A stretch of 64,000 bases of DNA, taken from Squalus acanthias. Lineage: Eukaryota. This document shows, piece by piece, positions 11,331 through 24,811 of this stretch. The notes beneath the pieces were generated by a model. It had not been told where the DNA came from, ran no database searches, and saw nothing but the letters and a program-made list of their open reading frames with translations. The position numbers were made by a program, and so were the translations under genes. The DNA is taken from contig CM059438.1 in assembly GCA_030390025.1 (NCBI GenBank), positions 66,094,001 to 66,158,000 on the forward strand. The letters are read 5' to 3'. Each line of letters begins with the position of its first letter. The stretch's first letter is position 1.

Positions 11331-13187
11331 TTGTTCAGGCTGGAGCTGTGTGGTATGCTATCGATATAATGATTTTTCTTTCTGAATGTATTACTTGAAT
11401 TTTTAAAATGTACTGTACTATTTTCTACATGAGTAATTGCTTCTACAGGGTTGATGGGCCTTGTTGGTGCATTACATTTATTCTGTCCTTGTGAGTTGGT
11501 ATCTCATACCAACATAACAGTTTTATAATTACATCCAGTATTTCTAATAACGTATTCAGGGTACGGTATATGTTCTTATCCAAGTTTAAAATAAAAGCAT
11601 TTAATTTGGGAAAGAAATTCCTAAAGAGAGGGAGTGGATGGAAATCAATCAAGGAGAAACATCGAGAGAGGGACGGGAGACAAAAGCTAGGAAGAGTTCT
11701 TCCAAGTGAGAAATGTAGCCAGAGAGACTCCTCGGAGATAAATGCAAAGTAAAGCAGCCAGAGAGACCTCGGGCATGCAGGAGTGTGGTAACCAGAGAGA
11801 CACTTGCTTTATTTTCCTTTTTTTAAAAAGAGAGCAGGCAATACACTGTACAGCTAGAGTTTTGGCAAGTCTGTTATTAGGTTCATTTTAGGACAGCCCT
11901 TCAATCACTATTAAAAAAAGGCAATTCCTCTCTATCGCTTGACAGAAACACTTTATTGAAGAAACAGCATCAGTGATAGTAGATGAATAATGAAAGCGCA
12001 GTGTTAGTCGAGTAGAATAGATGAGCTGACGGGAGCATGTCACCCCTTCAATGTGTATAGAAAGAAAAAAGTAAAAACAAGAAAGTATAACTCTGATGTA
12101 AAGTTCATTGGGCTTCAAGAACAGCTTCAACGAAGCTGGAAGATCTCTGTAGATCTCTTGAATTTAACATTGTCTACAGTTTAAACAGACTGGCAGTGTA
12201 GCTGTCTTCATCCTCGCTTTTCGAACAATTCTCCAGCAACATGGAGAACGATTGATCTGTCACTTCATGAACAATTCAGTCGGGCACATTTGCAGTGATC
12301 AACGCTGATCGCTTTGTGATGAAAGATTCAAAATGGTGTGCCTTGAGTGAGACCATGTGTTGATAGGGTGCGAATCTGTGGAATTAGGTGAGTGGCCCAT
12401 TGGCAGCGGTGAAAATCTGTGCTTTAAACTAGTGGGCGTTTAACCAGAATATTTTAACAGTTGAGTTAATGTTAACTGGGATTCTGCAGGTATGTTCCAT
12501 TTGACCAATATCCATTTGAGTCAAAATATAAAAATAATACTGAATAATAAAAATGCAATTTTTTGTGGAATCTGCTATATATTCTGTACTCAAGAACCTG
12601 GATTCAAATCCCAGTGAGACAGAAATAGTTTTAAGAGAAATACCTCCACTTTCCAAAGGTACATAAAGGTCCTGACTAAAGCAGGTTCTGACCAGTTATT
12701 GGTGGACAAGGAACTGGAGCCCAAAACTGCTTTCATAACTTAAAGCAGGCGCCGCGCGAGTGATATTTCCTGAGGGAAGAACGTAATTTGAATGTTTCTA
12801 TTGGGAGGCTGCAGAGTGCAGTGGACTTGCAGGCTGTTGTTTCACCTCAGACCTAGATTCAAATCCATATTACCAGCTTCAAACAAGTTTGGGCAGTCGA
12901 GCCGAGTCATAATAAGCCTAGATATACAGCACAAAACTGCTCACTATTCAGCACTAATCATCAATCTCACTCAAACAGGCCTTCAGGATGAATGATGTGG
13001 GATGGTATAAGAGATGGTCTTCTGAGGGTGGAGCCAAGTCAAGTTTATTCTACGTGATCATTCTATACTAAACTTGTATTTGCTTGATACTCCAGACTTT
13101 TGGGTGCCAACATTTGGAATGTGCTTCAGTCCCCCGGCACTGGGATTTTCCCTGTCAAATTGATAAACACAAAAAAAATAACAAAAA

Positions 13188-13590
13188 TGGAATTATAGAA
13201 TCCTGCAGCACAGAAGGAGGCCTTTTGGCCCATCATGCCTGTGCCGGCACTTTGAAAGAGCGATCCAATTAGTCCAACTCCTCTGCTCTTTCCCCATAGC
13301 CTAGAAATGTTCTCCCCTTCCAGTGTTTATCCAATTCCCTTTTGAAAGTTATCGAATCTGCTTCCACCACCCTAATTCAGGCAGTGCATTGCATATCATT
13401 ATAACTCGCTGCATAAATTCCCACATTAAAACAGTGACTACACTCCAAAAGTAATGAATTGGCTGTAAAGCGCTGTGAGACGTCCGGTGGTTGTGAAAGG
13501 CGCTATATAAATGCAAGTCTTTCTTTCTTTCTAAATAAAATTCTCCTCATCTCACCTCTGGCTCTTTTGCCAATTACGGTAAATCTATAT
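13188..13590 (-). mobile_element. CR1 3' fragment with a SacSINE1-like 3' piece inserted (~13421-13533)
   Basis: CR1 3'UTR/ORF2 end. The SINE tail gtgaaaggcgctatataaatgcaagtct is flanked by ataaattc/ataaaattc. Confidence 0.75.
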
Positions 13591-14464
13591 TTAATGTTTT
13601 ACCACGGATCAAATCCAGCAAATGCAATTGACAGTTTCACCCTTCTCTCCAACCTGTAAATATCTGATCATAAACATTTTTTGGTGTGAATAAGCAGTAA
13701 GCCCACATTCTACAAATTGGTGTTTTGTTTCTTGCGATGGGACATTGTGTAACTGAAGCACAGAAACTTGAAAGTGTAGATCGGTGTTGACAACACCTGC
13801 ACATCTGATGCTTTGTTCAAGTTCTTAATACTTGTGATTCACGCGGAAAAGTTAAATGCGGAAAGTTGCCTTTTAAACTCTTTTTTGTGTACGAGTGTTG
13901 CTAAACCTTGTGCAAATTGCAGGGACTTGTAATTAAATCGTGAGTGGTGGTGATGCTAGCAGACTTATATTGGGCGAAAGAGAGATGACACGTAATGACT
14001 ATCAGTAGAATGGCAGGGTAAAGTTGATTGTGCCATTTCCGTTGTTTGACACCAACAGGTGACCGACAGCCCGCTTGATCTCCATTCCGAAAACATTAAT
14101 TGCTGTTTCACTGTGACACCAGAATATGCTGCAGCTCTTCAGTCTGATCTCCCTCTCAATCTTATACATGCATAATGTGGCAAGGTTTGAACTCAAAGGT
14201 TTGGTACACATTCAAACTGCAAATCGCACATCACAGAGGAAATTGATTTTTTTTTAAGTGCTTTTCAACATGTCCTAGGAATCGGATGATCAAACATATA
14301 AATACTGCAAAAATAAAATGCTTGGGAATATTGTTTTAAATGTGTTGAGAGTGCCAAGATATGATTTATAACATCCCAAACCTCTCCAGTTTAGCATTCA
14401 ACCATTTCCTTGCCTGTTTTGGAGGATTTATTGCTGGTAACATTGTTACCAGCATTATCAGCAT

Positions 14465-14625
14465 TATCACATTGCTTTTGTGGGAACTTGCTGTGCGCAA
14501 ATTGGCTGCCGCATTTCCTACATCACAACAGTGACTACATTTCAAAAGTACTTAATTTGCTATAAAGTGCTTTACGACATCCTGAGGTTGTGAAAGGCGC
14601 TGTATAAGTACAAGTCTTTCTTTTT
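14465..14625 (+). mobile_element. SacSINE1-like 3' fragment
   Basis: ttgctgtgcgcaaattggctgccgc...gtgaaaggcgctgtataa. Confidence 0.75.
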
Positions 14626-16984
14626 TCATTAACAAATGGATTCTGCAGGCAAATTAATGGCATACAAATTTGATTTTTGTCCATTTCCTTCTCTCTCCTC
14701 CTCCTCCTTCTCCTCATCCTCTCTTGAAGACACTGACTGTTGCTGGGGAATGGTTTCATGGGCACTGACAGTTCTCCAATACCGCAGTCAAATGATTGCT
14801 GTTCACATAGAGGATACGTGTATCAACTGATGCAAATCATTGGGGGAGCAAGTCTGAGGCACAATGTATATATGAAAAGCGAGGGAGATATTGGTGAATT
14901 CCCTTGACCATACAACATTTGAATCTGCTGATTTGACTGTGAACATTGATCGGGTCTGGTAAGTTCTGATGACAAGCCTGCCCCGATCAACTCATGAAGT
15001 AGGTTGTTGGTGGCACTTGCTGGTCAGTACTCTGTTGGTCTGTATTTGGAGTTGTATCAGTGGATTCAAATCCCTCGTTCTTGGGACCAAAGTGACTGAT
15101 GGTGCCTCTTCCTGGATGACAGGAAATTTCAATCTTCTGATGTAATTGAAATGCTAATGTTGACTGCTGGGCAACTGGCCAGCAAGTTCCAACCATGAGC
15201 GAAGAAAGAGTGATGATTTCTGATTGGGAATGCATTGTATCCCTAATATAAGCATTGTTACAGCCTCTAGCAGAAGGGTTGACAGACGCACCCAATTCTA
15301 TCTTCACCCATGGACACTTTCCACCATGGTTGCTGGGCAACAATCAGGAGCAAGAACCCCAGCGGAATTTTCCCTTCATTAATCCAGGAGTGCTGGGCCA
15401 ACTGCAATGCCCCAACAAGCATGTTTATCCATGCCATCCTTCTCAGCTTCCCTCACACCATCAAAACATACGAGCTCAGAAATTGCACTGGGATTCTTCC
15501 ATGCCAGTCTCCTGTCGTAACTCAGCTGGGAGACTGTAGTAACCCCAGGGAAAGGGCAGAAATGGTCATTTTCATGTGTATATGCCATTTCCTGTGGGTT
15601 TTGTCGGTCTCCCACTGGAGTAACGGCTCGAAACCAGGAGAATTTCTGTGCGATTTCAGAGCCATGGAATGCAATCTTCCTTCATCCCTTCCACCTGGGT
15701 GTCAGTCAAGCGGAGCACACTTTGGCCTTACCTGCCTGTATTTCCAGTGTTGGCAGGTCACAGGTCATTTTAACAGACCCATGCACAGAATTCTGCCGGC
15801 TGTGTTGCATTTGGACTGTAGCCAGAAGGCCTCCAGCCCCGTGGATGAACTTTGATTCCTGGAAAAGTAAAAGGTACTTCCCTTTCTCCAAGTTTCATCT
15901 TCTTGCTGGCTGCCTCTTCACTGATCCTCCAATCCAAGCAGGCCTGGGTGCTAAGCCTAAGGCCCAGTCCCCCTCGTACTTGTTTGACTCCTGCCTCATT
16001 TAAATGGATTCGACCATCTGTACCAGCTTGAAGAGCGGACAATCCGTCCCTGCTCGGGGGAAGGGAAGCCATGGAGGCCTCATGACAAACGCAAAGGCAG
16101 ACAAGACCCAGCACTGTTGGTCTCCACCCCATTTTCCTCTGTATTGAGTTTGGGAACTGAGCATTTCTGGGCAGAAAGCAGAGGAAAATCTCCCAAGTGG
16201 TTTCAGGAAGAGCATCTTTAGTATCTTAATGACCTAAGACATCGCTGGCCACCACCTTTAAACTACATCTCATGACTGATTCAGCTAACTCAACAGTGAT
16301 CAAGAATGGAACCTGGGACCTTCTGGTTGCTGTGGTTCAGTTCCATATATTTACCCACCAAGCCATCGGGGGAGGTGTCAAGTAATTTATGACCCCTTGT
16401 TAGTTTGCAACTTTAGATTATGTGCTGCAATGATGCCAGTAATGAAGGCAGCACAATTAAGGGTGGGTGGAAATGGCCATCATATGGAACAAAAATTAGG
16501 GCCAAGAAAGCCGCAATAACTTTATTTGGCGCAGTGTTTCATTAACCGCTGCATGTGTCGTTCAAAACAGAGGAACAAGCTGAAAAAAAAAATTCCGACC
16601 ATTACCTTTCATGTTCATTAAACATAAAGGATCTGTTTCCCTCTGTTCATCCATTGCCACTGACAGAAGATGATTATATACAGAGTAATGGGTGGGAGTG
16701 AAAATCATCTTAGCAAAGGATTCGGATAATTCATGGATCATTGCCGTTTGAATTCTGTGATAGAATCATTTTCTCTGTAGTCAGTACCACCCATCCATTA
16801 TCTGTTTGAACTTTATTTATGTGCCATTTTCAATGATAAAACTGTATGACAAGTTAGAGTACATGCTCCCTAATGTTAATGAAAATCAGTGTGATTGGAA
16901 TGTCAGGCAGAGCTGATTCATACTCAGGTTGACGCTTAACCTAACATTATCAAATGGAGGAAAATATACCCTTCAGCGACCTAC

Positions 16985-17302
16985 ATAGAATCATAGAATC
17001 TTGCAGCACAGAAGGAGGCCATTCGGCCTATCGTGCTCTTTGAAAGAGCTGCCTAATTAATCCCACTTCCCTGCATTTTTTTTCCTTTTCAAGTATTTAT
17101 CCAGTTCCCTTTTGAAAGTTCCTATTGAATCTGCTTCCACCACCCTTTCAGGCAGTACATTCCAGATCATAACAACTTGTTGCGTAAAAAAAATTCTCCT
17201 CATCTCCCCTCTGGTTCTTTTGCCAATTACCTTAAATCTGTGTCCTCTGGTTACTGACCCTTCTACCAGTGGAAACAGTTCCTCCTTATTTACTCTATCA
17301 AA
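16985..17302 (-). mobile_element. CR1 3' fragment
   Basis: catagaatcatagaat tail and reverse-strand ORF2 C-terminus. Confidence 0.85.
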
Positions 17303-19134
17303 ACAAGAAAGAAGATTCTCTCTTTAATGAATCTTTATTCTCATGGAAATCTTGGGCCTAAGCCCTGAAGCTTAAAATCAAATTGCCCAAAGCCTCCCGC
17401 TGTGCACAAGCATGCCAACCATTCTAATGTACCATGCAGTGATTTGACAAAAGTATAATTTCATAGAAACCTCTTTTATTTGCTCTTCAATTATCTGCCA
17501 TCATGATTATCCACCAGAATTTTCACGAGACAGTGCCGAGTGAGAGACATCACCTCATTGCATGGCTTCTTTTGTCAGTTGTATTTCACCTCCTTTGTGA
17601 CAAATAGGGAAATTTTGCTTTGTTTTGACTGTTTTAAAAAATATATAGTCGGGTCAAAATGGAGCAAGCTCACCGGACCAAGACACAAAATCAAAGACAG
17701 CTGCTCTGTCACCGGGAAACTTATGACTGACAGTAGATTTTCCCATAACGGTGGGGGAACAGATTTAGGTGTGACAGTATCCGCAGCTTGACAGACAGAC
17801 ATAGATGGTCCCATTCCCATTAATTACCGAGTCAATAACAATATTCATGATAAGATGAACCCCAGTTTGCGGGCAATATGTGACGAAGGCCACAATTTGC
17901 AGCCTTTAGCCTACACGGTGTAAAGCAGTTGACATTTCCATTTGAGTTTTTAGTTCAGTAGAAAACAACTCTGGCTCTTTAAGTTTTCAGTAATGACTTC
18001 GGTTGAGGGGTGAGCTAATCGTGGTGTTTAAAATTGAGAAACCGCAGCAAAAAATTTAAAAGAACGAGATGGCACCTCGCTTTAAGATGTGCAAGTGCGT
18101 TTTAAACAGGCAATTCCTTCAGATCAGTGAACTGCCAATCAATGCGGAAAACAGCATGGGCAGATTCCGCAGGACATTCAAGTGAGGCCCCCCCCCCCCT
18201 TCTTCCTGCAAGCCAGCTGCGACAGCAGAAACTGCATGGGTCCATATGTGAGTGGGCATACGCTTACTAAATGCAGATGAGGCAAACACAGCCCCCACCA
18301 TGTTTTCTGCCATTTGCACTGCAAAAACGCCGGTTTCAAAATCCAGAAATGGTTCAGGCCTCTTGCTGTTTGCAACAGGTAGGCGACACAATTAACTCCC
18401 CCCTCATAGCCTGCCCGATCTGCACCAAAATCTACCCAACACAACCAAACCCGTGCTGATGGAATAATTCACAATCCACTTCTGATTTATTTAAGCTGTT
18501 ACTTGCAACTCTGGGCCCCAGGCCAGCTTTCCCCAATGTGAACCTTGGCCTGCTTGAATTAGCACCTTGCTCTCATGAAGGATTGTTGTATAAAGGGACC
18601 ACAGATTGATCAGAATGATTCCCCCCTCCTCCCCATCTATTGTGGCCCAAAGTTTGGCAAAGCTCCAACTGCACAATCTACTCATTAAATAAGTGTGTTT
18701 ACCATAGAAATGAAATGACCCACACAAGCCAAGTGAAGAGGCACACACCACAGTGGTGACATTTATGCTGAACAATTGAGACACTTAGATAGGACATGGC
18801 TGAACCTTTCAGCAGAGATGGATGGGAGTTATAACAAAAGTCAACATTTTTTTGCAAACAAGTAGGATCAGTGTCATATTTTGAGCAGCAAGTGAGTGCA
18901 CTATGGCTGTCGAGGGAAAAACATAAAACCACGTCCTTGTGTCTTGGTTTCCAGAATGTACTCAATATGTATCATGAAACCTTTTAGCAGGATTGAGTTA
19001 GCAAGCGCGCTTAGTTACTGGAATGACCAGCCTGCTGAATCGTGTTGCTGTGCTACCATTATGACCACTGCAGTGCAGCAAAAACGTATTAATATTTTCA
19101 TTTTTGTTTTATTCAGAAGGAAAAAAAAATGCGC

Positions 19135-19437
19135 TCATGTATATTTTATGAAGAGGGTCAGTAACCAGCGGACACAGATTTAAGATAATTGGCAAAAAAA
19201 AAGCCAACAGGGGAGATGAGGAGAATTTTTTTTTGATTATTGAGCAAGTTATGATCTGGAATGCACTGCCTGAAAGGGTGGTGGAAGCAGATTCAATAAT
19301 AACTTTCAAAAGGGAATTGGATAGATACTTGAAAAGGAAGAAAATTTGCAGGGCTATGGGGGAAAGAGCAGGGGAGTGGGACTAATCGGAAAGCTCTTTC
19401 AAAGAGCCGGCACAGGCAGAATGGTTCTATGATTCTA
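19135..19437 (+). mobile_element. CR1 3' fragment
   Basis: acacagatttaag...tggaatgcactgcctgaaagggtggtggaagcag...ttctatgattctat. Confidence 0.85.
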
Positions 19438-20137
19438 TAAGCCGCTTTGTCAGGCGTACTTGCAGGAAAATACACTGGCCTGTTGCCGTTACTGAGCACA
19501 CACTCAGGTCAGGCTACTTTGGTGGTAACCCTGGAGTTTGGCTGGGTCAGGGAGAAACTGAACATTTTGCCTGCACAGAGAGGGGACTCTGGCAGTTGGG
19601 TTATGGCCCTACATGGGGCTGTACAAGCTCAATCACAGAAGTGGTTCGTTACGAATTACCCCCTTCTTACCTACTTGAGAAAAAGCCCGGTGAGTGTGGG
19701 GGATGTCTGGCTCATATAGCGTTCCAGGAAAGGACTTCAGTCTGTCTGGTACCTGCTGAGTTTGAGGAGCAGTTCGCACATTACCCTTTCTGACTGGCCT
19801 TTGTCCTGCAGGTATTTCAGCCACTTTTGTTGGAAGGAGGGCGTAACTTTCTCATAAGTTGAGCCCTACGACCAGCACTGACAGATGAATTATTTTCATG
19901 ATTGTTAAAGTAAAAATAAAACATTTGTAGCAATAATTTAATGCATTCGCTAAAGCAATGAAGTTATCACATAGAATATAGAGTGTTAAGGCACAGAAAC
20001 AGGCCATCCGGTTGTGTTTATTCCAGTAGTCCAGCATATCCTGTCTTTCGAGATGTTGTTCCATGGTGACACAGCCACTCTTCTTTCTTCTTTTCCAGTT
20101 ACTTTCACTAAAGTATCGATTGTTCTTCTCCCTGCAG

Positions 20138-20307
20138 GTGAAGAAGCACTTACCATGTACATGGACAAAAGCAAGTTAGACAGAAAGTCAGCAAATGCCA
20201 GTCAGAGTGTGGAGGCCCTCCATCAACTAGCCTCATCATACTTCATCGATCGTGACGGGACCATGCGACGACTTCATGAAATTCAAATCTCTACTGGAGC
20301 AATCAAG
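20138..20307 (+). CDS. BRINP1: BRINP1 internal coding exon (170 nt, probably exon 4)
   Basis: Pyrimidine tract ttcttctccctgcag| and donor AAG|gtacat. Encodes (G)[56 protein letters not shown]. Its phase-1 start matches the end of the previous exon. Confidence 0.95.
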
Positions 20308-20389
20308 GTACATCACCTTTTGTATTTTAGGAGATAAAAAAAAAATTCCTGTGGAATGGCTATGACACTGGTCACTCACTAGGGTCTAA

Positions 20390-20553
20390 GGGGTAGAAAA
20401 ATAAGTCTTGGACGATAACACAAATAGAGCAGTAACGCATTGGCTGCCCGTTAAACGCCCCACCGGATTTCAGTTCCATTGGACAGGGCATATAAAAATA
20501 GTCGATGTGATAATACCCGTTTGTTGCTGTCGCTCAAGGCAAATTTCTACCCC
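20390..20553. mobile_element. short MITE just downstream of the second exon
   Basis: Ends ggggtagaaaat and aaatttctacccc. Confidence 0.6.
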
Positions 20554-21424
20554 TATGTGTGGTGTCAGGATTAATTTGGATGGGATTGTGATTGCGGTTT
20601 GGCCACTCGGATTTTGGGAACATTACATCCCACTGGTTGTGTTCGTGAGTCAGCAATTTCTGTGTGAATTCAAGTTGGGTGGCTTTGTAACAATTTGACA
20701 CGTGTCTGGGTTACATTAGTTTGGAATTCAGACTGTAACTAAGCAGCTCCCACGTCTCAGTGTATCACCGTGTCTGACATGCTAAAAGCCTAAGTGTTGG
20801 GCAAATAGTTGACTTAAAAGCTTAACTCTGTGTAGATAATGAACAGTGATGGCGTGTTTCTTTGGGGTCACTCAGTCATTTTTAACACGTTGAAAAGAAG
20901 GTTTTCCATTCGTGACACGTAATGGAATATCGGGAGTAGCGGAAGTCAGTGCTGTGAGAGTGACCTTGCTGCTGATGGAGTTGATGAGAATGTGTCATCG
21001 TTGTGTATGAGACCCAAAATTAATTTACGAGCTGTACTGACAGTGTAACATTCTGCTAAATGACTGTATTTTGTTGCTTAACAAACAAAAACTTACATCA
21101 AAATCATTAACTTTTCACACAGTAATTGAATAGACTAGTAGTGCCCGTAGCCTTCCTTCTCCTCACCTTTGACCTCCCCACCCCCAGTAGATATGCTGTT
21201 CCATGTGTCGCTGGGCTTCCACCTCAGACATGTGGTTGTCATGACATGAAACACTGGTGAGACCGTCCCATTGTTGACGTCTTTATGGTACTTGTCACAT
21301 ACAAGTAGCAAAAATCTGCCATTGAAACATTTGAAACAATTGGAATAAAATTGGCCCCACCACATTGTGATAGGTATTTTTTTAAAGGAGACATTCAGCT
21401 CTTAGTGGCTGTGATGTTGATCCA

Positions 21425-21595
21425 GCAACAACAACAAGTTGCATTTACATAGCACCTTTAATGTAGTAAAACATCCTGAGGCGCTTCACAGGAGCGTTAT
21501 CAGACAAATAAGGACACTGAGAAGGAGGTAGTAGGACAGGTAGCCAATAGCTTGGTCAAAGAGGTAGGTTTTAATGAGCATCTCAAAGGAGAAAT
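21425..21595 (-). mobile_element. L2 LINE 3' end
   Basis: caacaacaacaagttgcatttacatagcacctttaatgtagtaaaacatcc, matching the tails at 58636 and 63890. Confidence 0.75.
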
Positions 21596-21726
21596 TTGGA
21601 ACACTCATGTGATATTCCCGCATGTGAATATCTTGTAAACGCTCACTTTTAAAGGCACCAAAAAATTAAGGGAACTTGGATGAAATACTAGAGGGTGACT
21701 GATGCCTATGGAACCGTACCCAGGAT

Positions 21727-21866
21727 TAATGATCCCTGCGCGGCTGTGCAGTGCTCCAGGGGTTCTGCGTAGCGGGCTTGCCGGTTTTTAAAATAGAAAA
21801 AAAAACCGAGCATGCGCGTTATTTTGAATGGGCTGCGCAGCCCAAAATGAATTACAGGGAACATTG
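21727..21866. mobile_element. hAT-superfamily MITE (CAATGTTCCCT-type TIR)
   Basis: Ends taatgatccct / agggaacattg, with a perfect 8-bp TSD cccaggat (21719-21726 and 21867-21874). Confidence 0.85.
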
Positions 21867-21993
21867 CCCAGGATATGTCTCAACATCTTCAGCAGAGGAA
21901 GGGAGGCAAGAAAGAAAGAAAACACATTCTATCGATTTCAAGGCAGTCGTCTCAGATTGTTTTCTTTTTTGAATCCTCAGATTAGTGCCTTAC

Positions 21994-22386
21994 GTCAGTC
22001 TAGACTCAGTGGTAGCACGCTTGCCTCTAAGTCAGAAGGTTGTAAGTTCATCCCCATTCCAGAGACTTGAGCACACAATCTAGACTGACATCTCAGTGGT
22101 GATGCACTGTTGGAGGTGCCGTATTTTGGATGACACATTCAACCGATACCCAGTCTGCCCTCTCAGGTGGACGTAAAAGACGGCATGGCATTGTGCGAAG
22201 AAGAGCAAGGGAGTTCTCCGTAGTGACCTGGCCAATAGTTATTCCTCAACCAACACCAAAAACAGATTATCTGGTCATTATCTCATTGCTGTTTGCAGAA
22301 CCTTGCTGTGTGCAATTTGGCTGCTGTGTTTCCGACAACAGTACACTTCAAAAGTACTTCATTGGTTGTACAGCACTTTGGGACAT
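21994..22386 (+). mobile_element. SacSINE1-like SINE split by a CR1 insertion (tail resumes at ~24742-24785)
   Basis: tRNA head gactcagtggtagcacgc and Deu core. The tail ...ctttgggacat continues as ggggttgtgaaaggtgcactgtaaatgcaag after the CR1. Confidence 0.8.
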
Positions 22387-24741
22387 TACATAGGATTACA
22401 TAGGATATATGGCACAGAAACAGGTCATTCGGCCCAACCAGTCCATGCCAGCATTTATGCTCCACTCGAGCCTCCTCCTGTCTTTCCTCATCTAAATCTA
22501 TCAGCATAACCCTCTATTCCCTTCTCCCTCATATGCTTGTCTAGCCTCCCCTTAAATGCATCTATACTTTTTGCCTCAACTACTTCCTGTGGTAGCGAGT
22601 TCCACATTCTCACCACTCTTTGGGTAAAGAAGTGTCTTCTGAATTCCCTATTGGATTTCTTGGTGACTATTTTATCTTGATGGCCTCTAGTTATGCTCTT
22701 CCCCACAAGTGGAAACATTCTCTCTGTATTCACTCTATCAAAATTTTTCATAATATTAAAGACCTCTATTAGGTCACCCTGCAGCCTTCTTTTTGCAAGA
22801 GAAAAGAGACCCAGCCTGTTCATCCTTTCCTGATATGTATACCCTCACATTTCTGGTATCATCCTTGTAAATCTTCTCTGCACTCTCTCCAGTGCCTCTA
22901 TATCATTTTTATAATATGGTGACCAGAACTGTACGCAATACTCTTAAGTGTGGTCTAACCAAGGTTTGATACAGGTTAAGCATAACTTCCCTACTTTTCA
23001 ATTCTATACCTCTAGAAATAAACCCTAGTGCTTGGTTTGCTTTTTTTATGGTCTTGCTAACCTGCGTCGCAACTTTTAGTGATTTGTGTATTTGTACTCA
23101 GAGATCCCTTTGTTCCTCTACCCCACCTATACTCGCACCCTCCAAGTGAGAAGTGACCTCCCTATTCTTCCTACCAAAATATAATACCTCACATTTATCT
23201 GTGTTGAACTTCATTTGCCAATTATATGCCCATTCTGCAAGTTTATTAATGTCCTCCTGTAACTTGTTGCAGTCCTCCTCAGTATTGACTATTCCCCCCC
23301 CCCCCCCAATTTGGTGTCATCTGCAAATTTAGAAATTGTGTTTTTGATTCCAAAGTCTAAATCGTTAATATAAATTGTGAACAGCAGTGGTCCCAGCACT
23401 GATCCTTGTGGAACACCACTACCCACCTTCTGCCACTGTAAATAGCTACCCTTTACTCCTACTCTCTGCTTTCTGTCCTGAAGCCAGCCAGCAATCCATT
23501 CTGCTACTTGTTCCCTGATTCCGCATTCTCTGACCTTGTTCATCAGTCTATTATAGGGGTACCTTATCGAAGGCCTTTTGAAAATCCAGATAAATTACAT
23601 CTACTGCATTACCATTGTCTACTCTCTCTGTTACCTCTTCAAAAAATTAAATAAGGTTGGTCAAGCAAGTCTTTCCCTTTTGAAATCCATGCTGACTATT
23701 CATTATTATATTTTTGGTTTCTAGATGTTCTTCTATTTTCTCCTTTAGTAGGGATTCCATTATTTTTCCTACCACCGATGTTAAGCTGACTGGTCTATAA
23801 TTCCCTGGACATGTTCTATCCCCCTTTTTAAATATTGGCATTACGTTAGCTATCCGCCAGTCCTCTGGCACTACACCTTTTTCTAACGAATTATTAAGTA
23901 TGCGTAGTAATGCCTCTGCTATCTCTTCCCTAGATTCTTTTAAAATGCGTGGATGCAATCCATCCGGACCAAGGGTTTTATCCTCTTTGAGTTTGATTAA
24001 TTTATTTAATATATCCCCTTTTTTATTTTAAATGCACTTATCTCATTACTAATCTCATCATCCAATGTCATATCCACCTGTTCTATCTCCCTGGTAAACA
24101 CTGAAGCAAAATAATTGTTTAATATTTCTGCCATCTCCCTATCGTAACCTATGGTATTATCCTGTCTATCCCTTAATGGCCCTATTCCCATCCCAACCTT
24201 CCTTTTTTTATTGATGTGCCTATAAAATATTTTAACTATTTTGTTTTATGTTCCTTGATAATTTAATTTCATAGTTCCTCTTTGCCTCCCTAATTGTTTT
24301 TTTGACTTCTCTCCTAATCTTTTCATATTCTCTCTTATCATGCACTCCCCTGCTGTCTATGTACTTAATGTATGCCTCTTTCCTTACCCTCAATTGTTCC
24401 CTAATGGCTTTATACATCCATGGAGTCTCATTATTGTTTAGTTTGTTCTTTCCTTTTAGTGGAATATATTTTTCCTGCACTCTGTTGAACACTGTTTTAA
24501 ATATTTCCCATTGCTGTTCTACATCATTGTTTGCCAATATTGTTGTCCATTTTTTTTCCCCAAGTTCTATTCTCAGCCACTCAAAATCAGTTTTTCTCCA
24601 ATCTATTAACTTGGTTTTCATCATACTTATGTCCTTCTCAATTATCATCTTAAAGCGTATCATATTATGGTCACTATTGCCTATATGTTCCCCTACTTTT
24701 ACTTCTCTTATCTGCTCTGGTTCATTCCCCATTACTAGATC
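22387..24741 (-). mobile_element. CR1 LINE (second subfamily, (TACATAGGAT)n tail), ~2.35 kb, decayed ORF2
   Basis: ORF fragments SDHNMIRF (EN end), [32 protein letters not shown] (RT) and WNSLP. Confidence 0.95.
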
Positions 24742-24811
24742 TGGGGTTGTGAAAGGTGCACTGTAAATGCAAGTTTTTTTCTTTTTAGAGGACTTAACAC
24801 TGTAAAACTAA

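Noticed and set aside
15310..15855. 181-aa plus-strand ORF
   Set aside because: It overlaps decayed SINE-like sequence, with no protein motif or credible splice context.
22387..24741. Active autonomous LINE
   Set aside because: ORF2 is broken by stops and frameshifts and the 5' end is missing.
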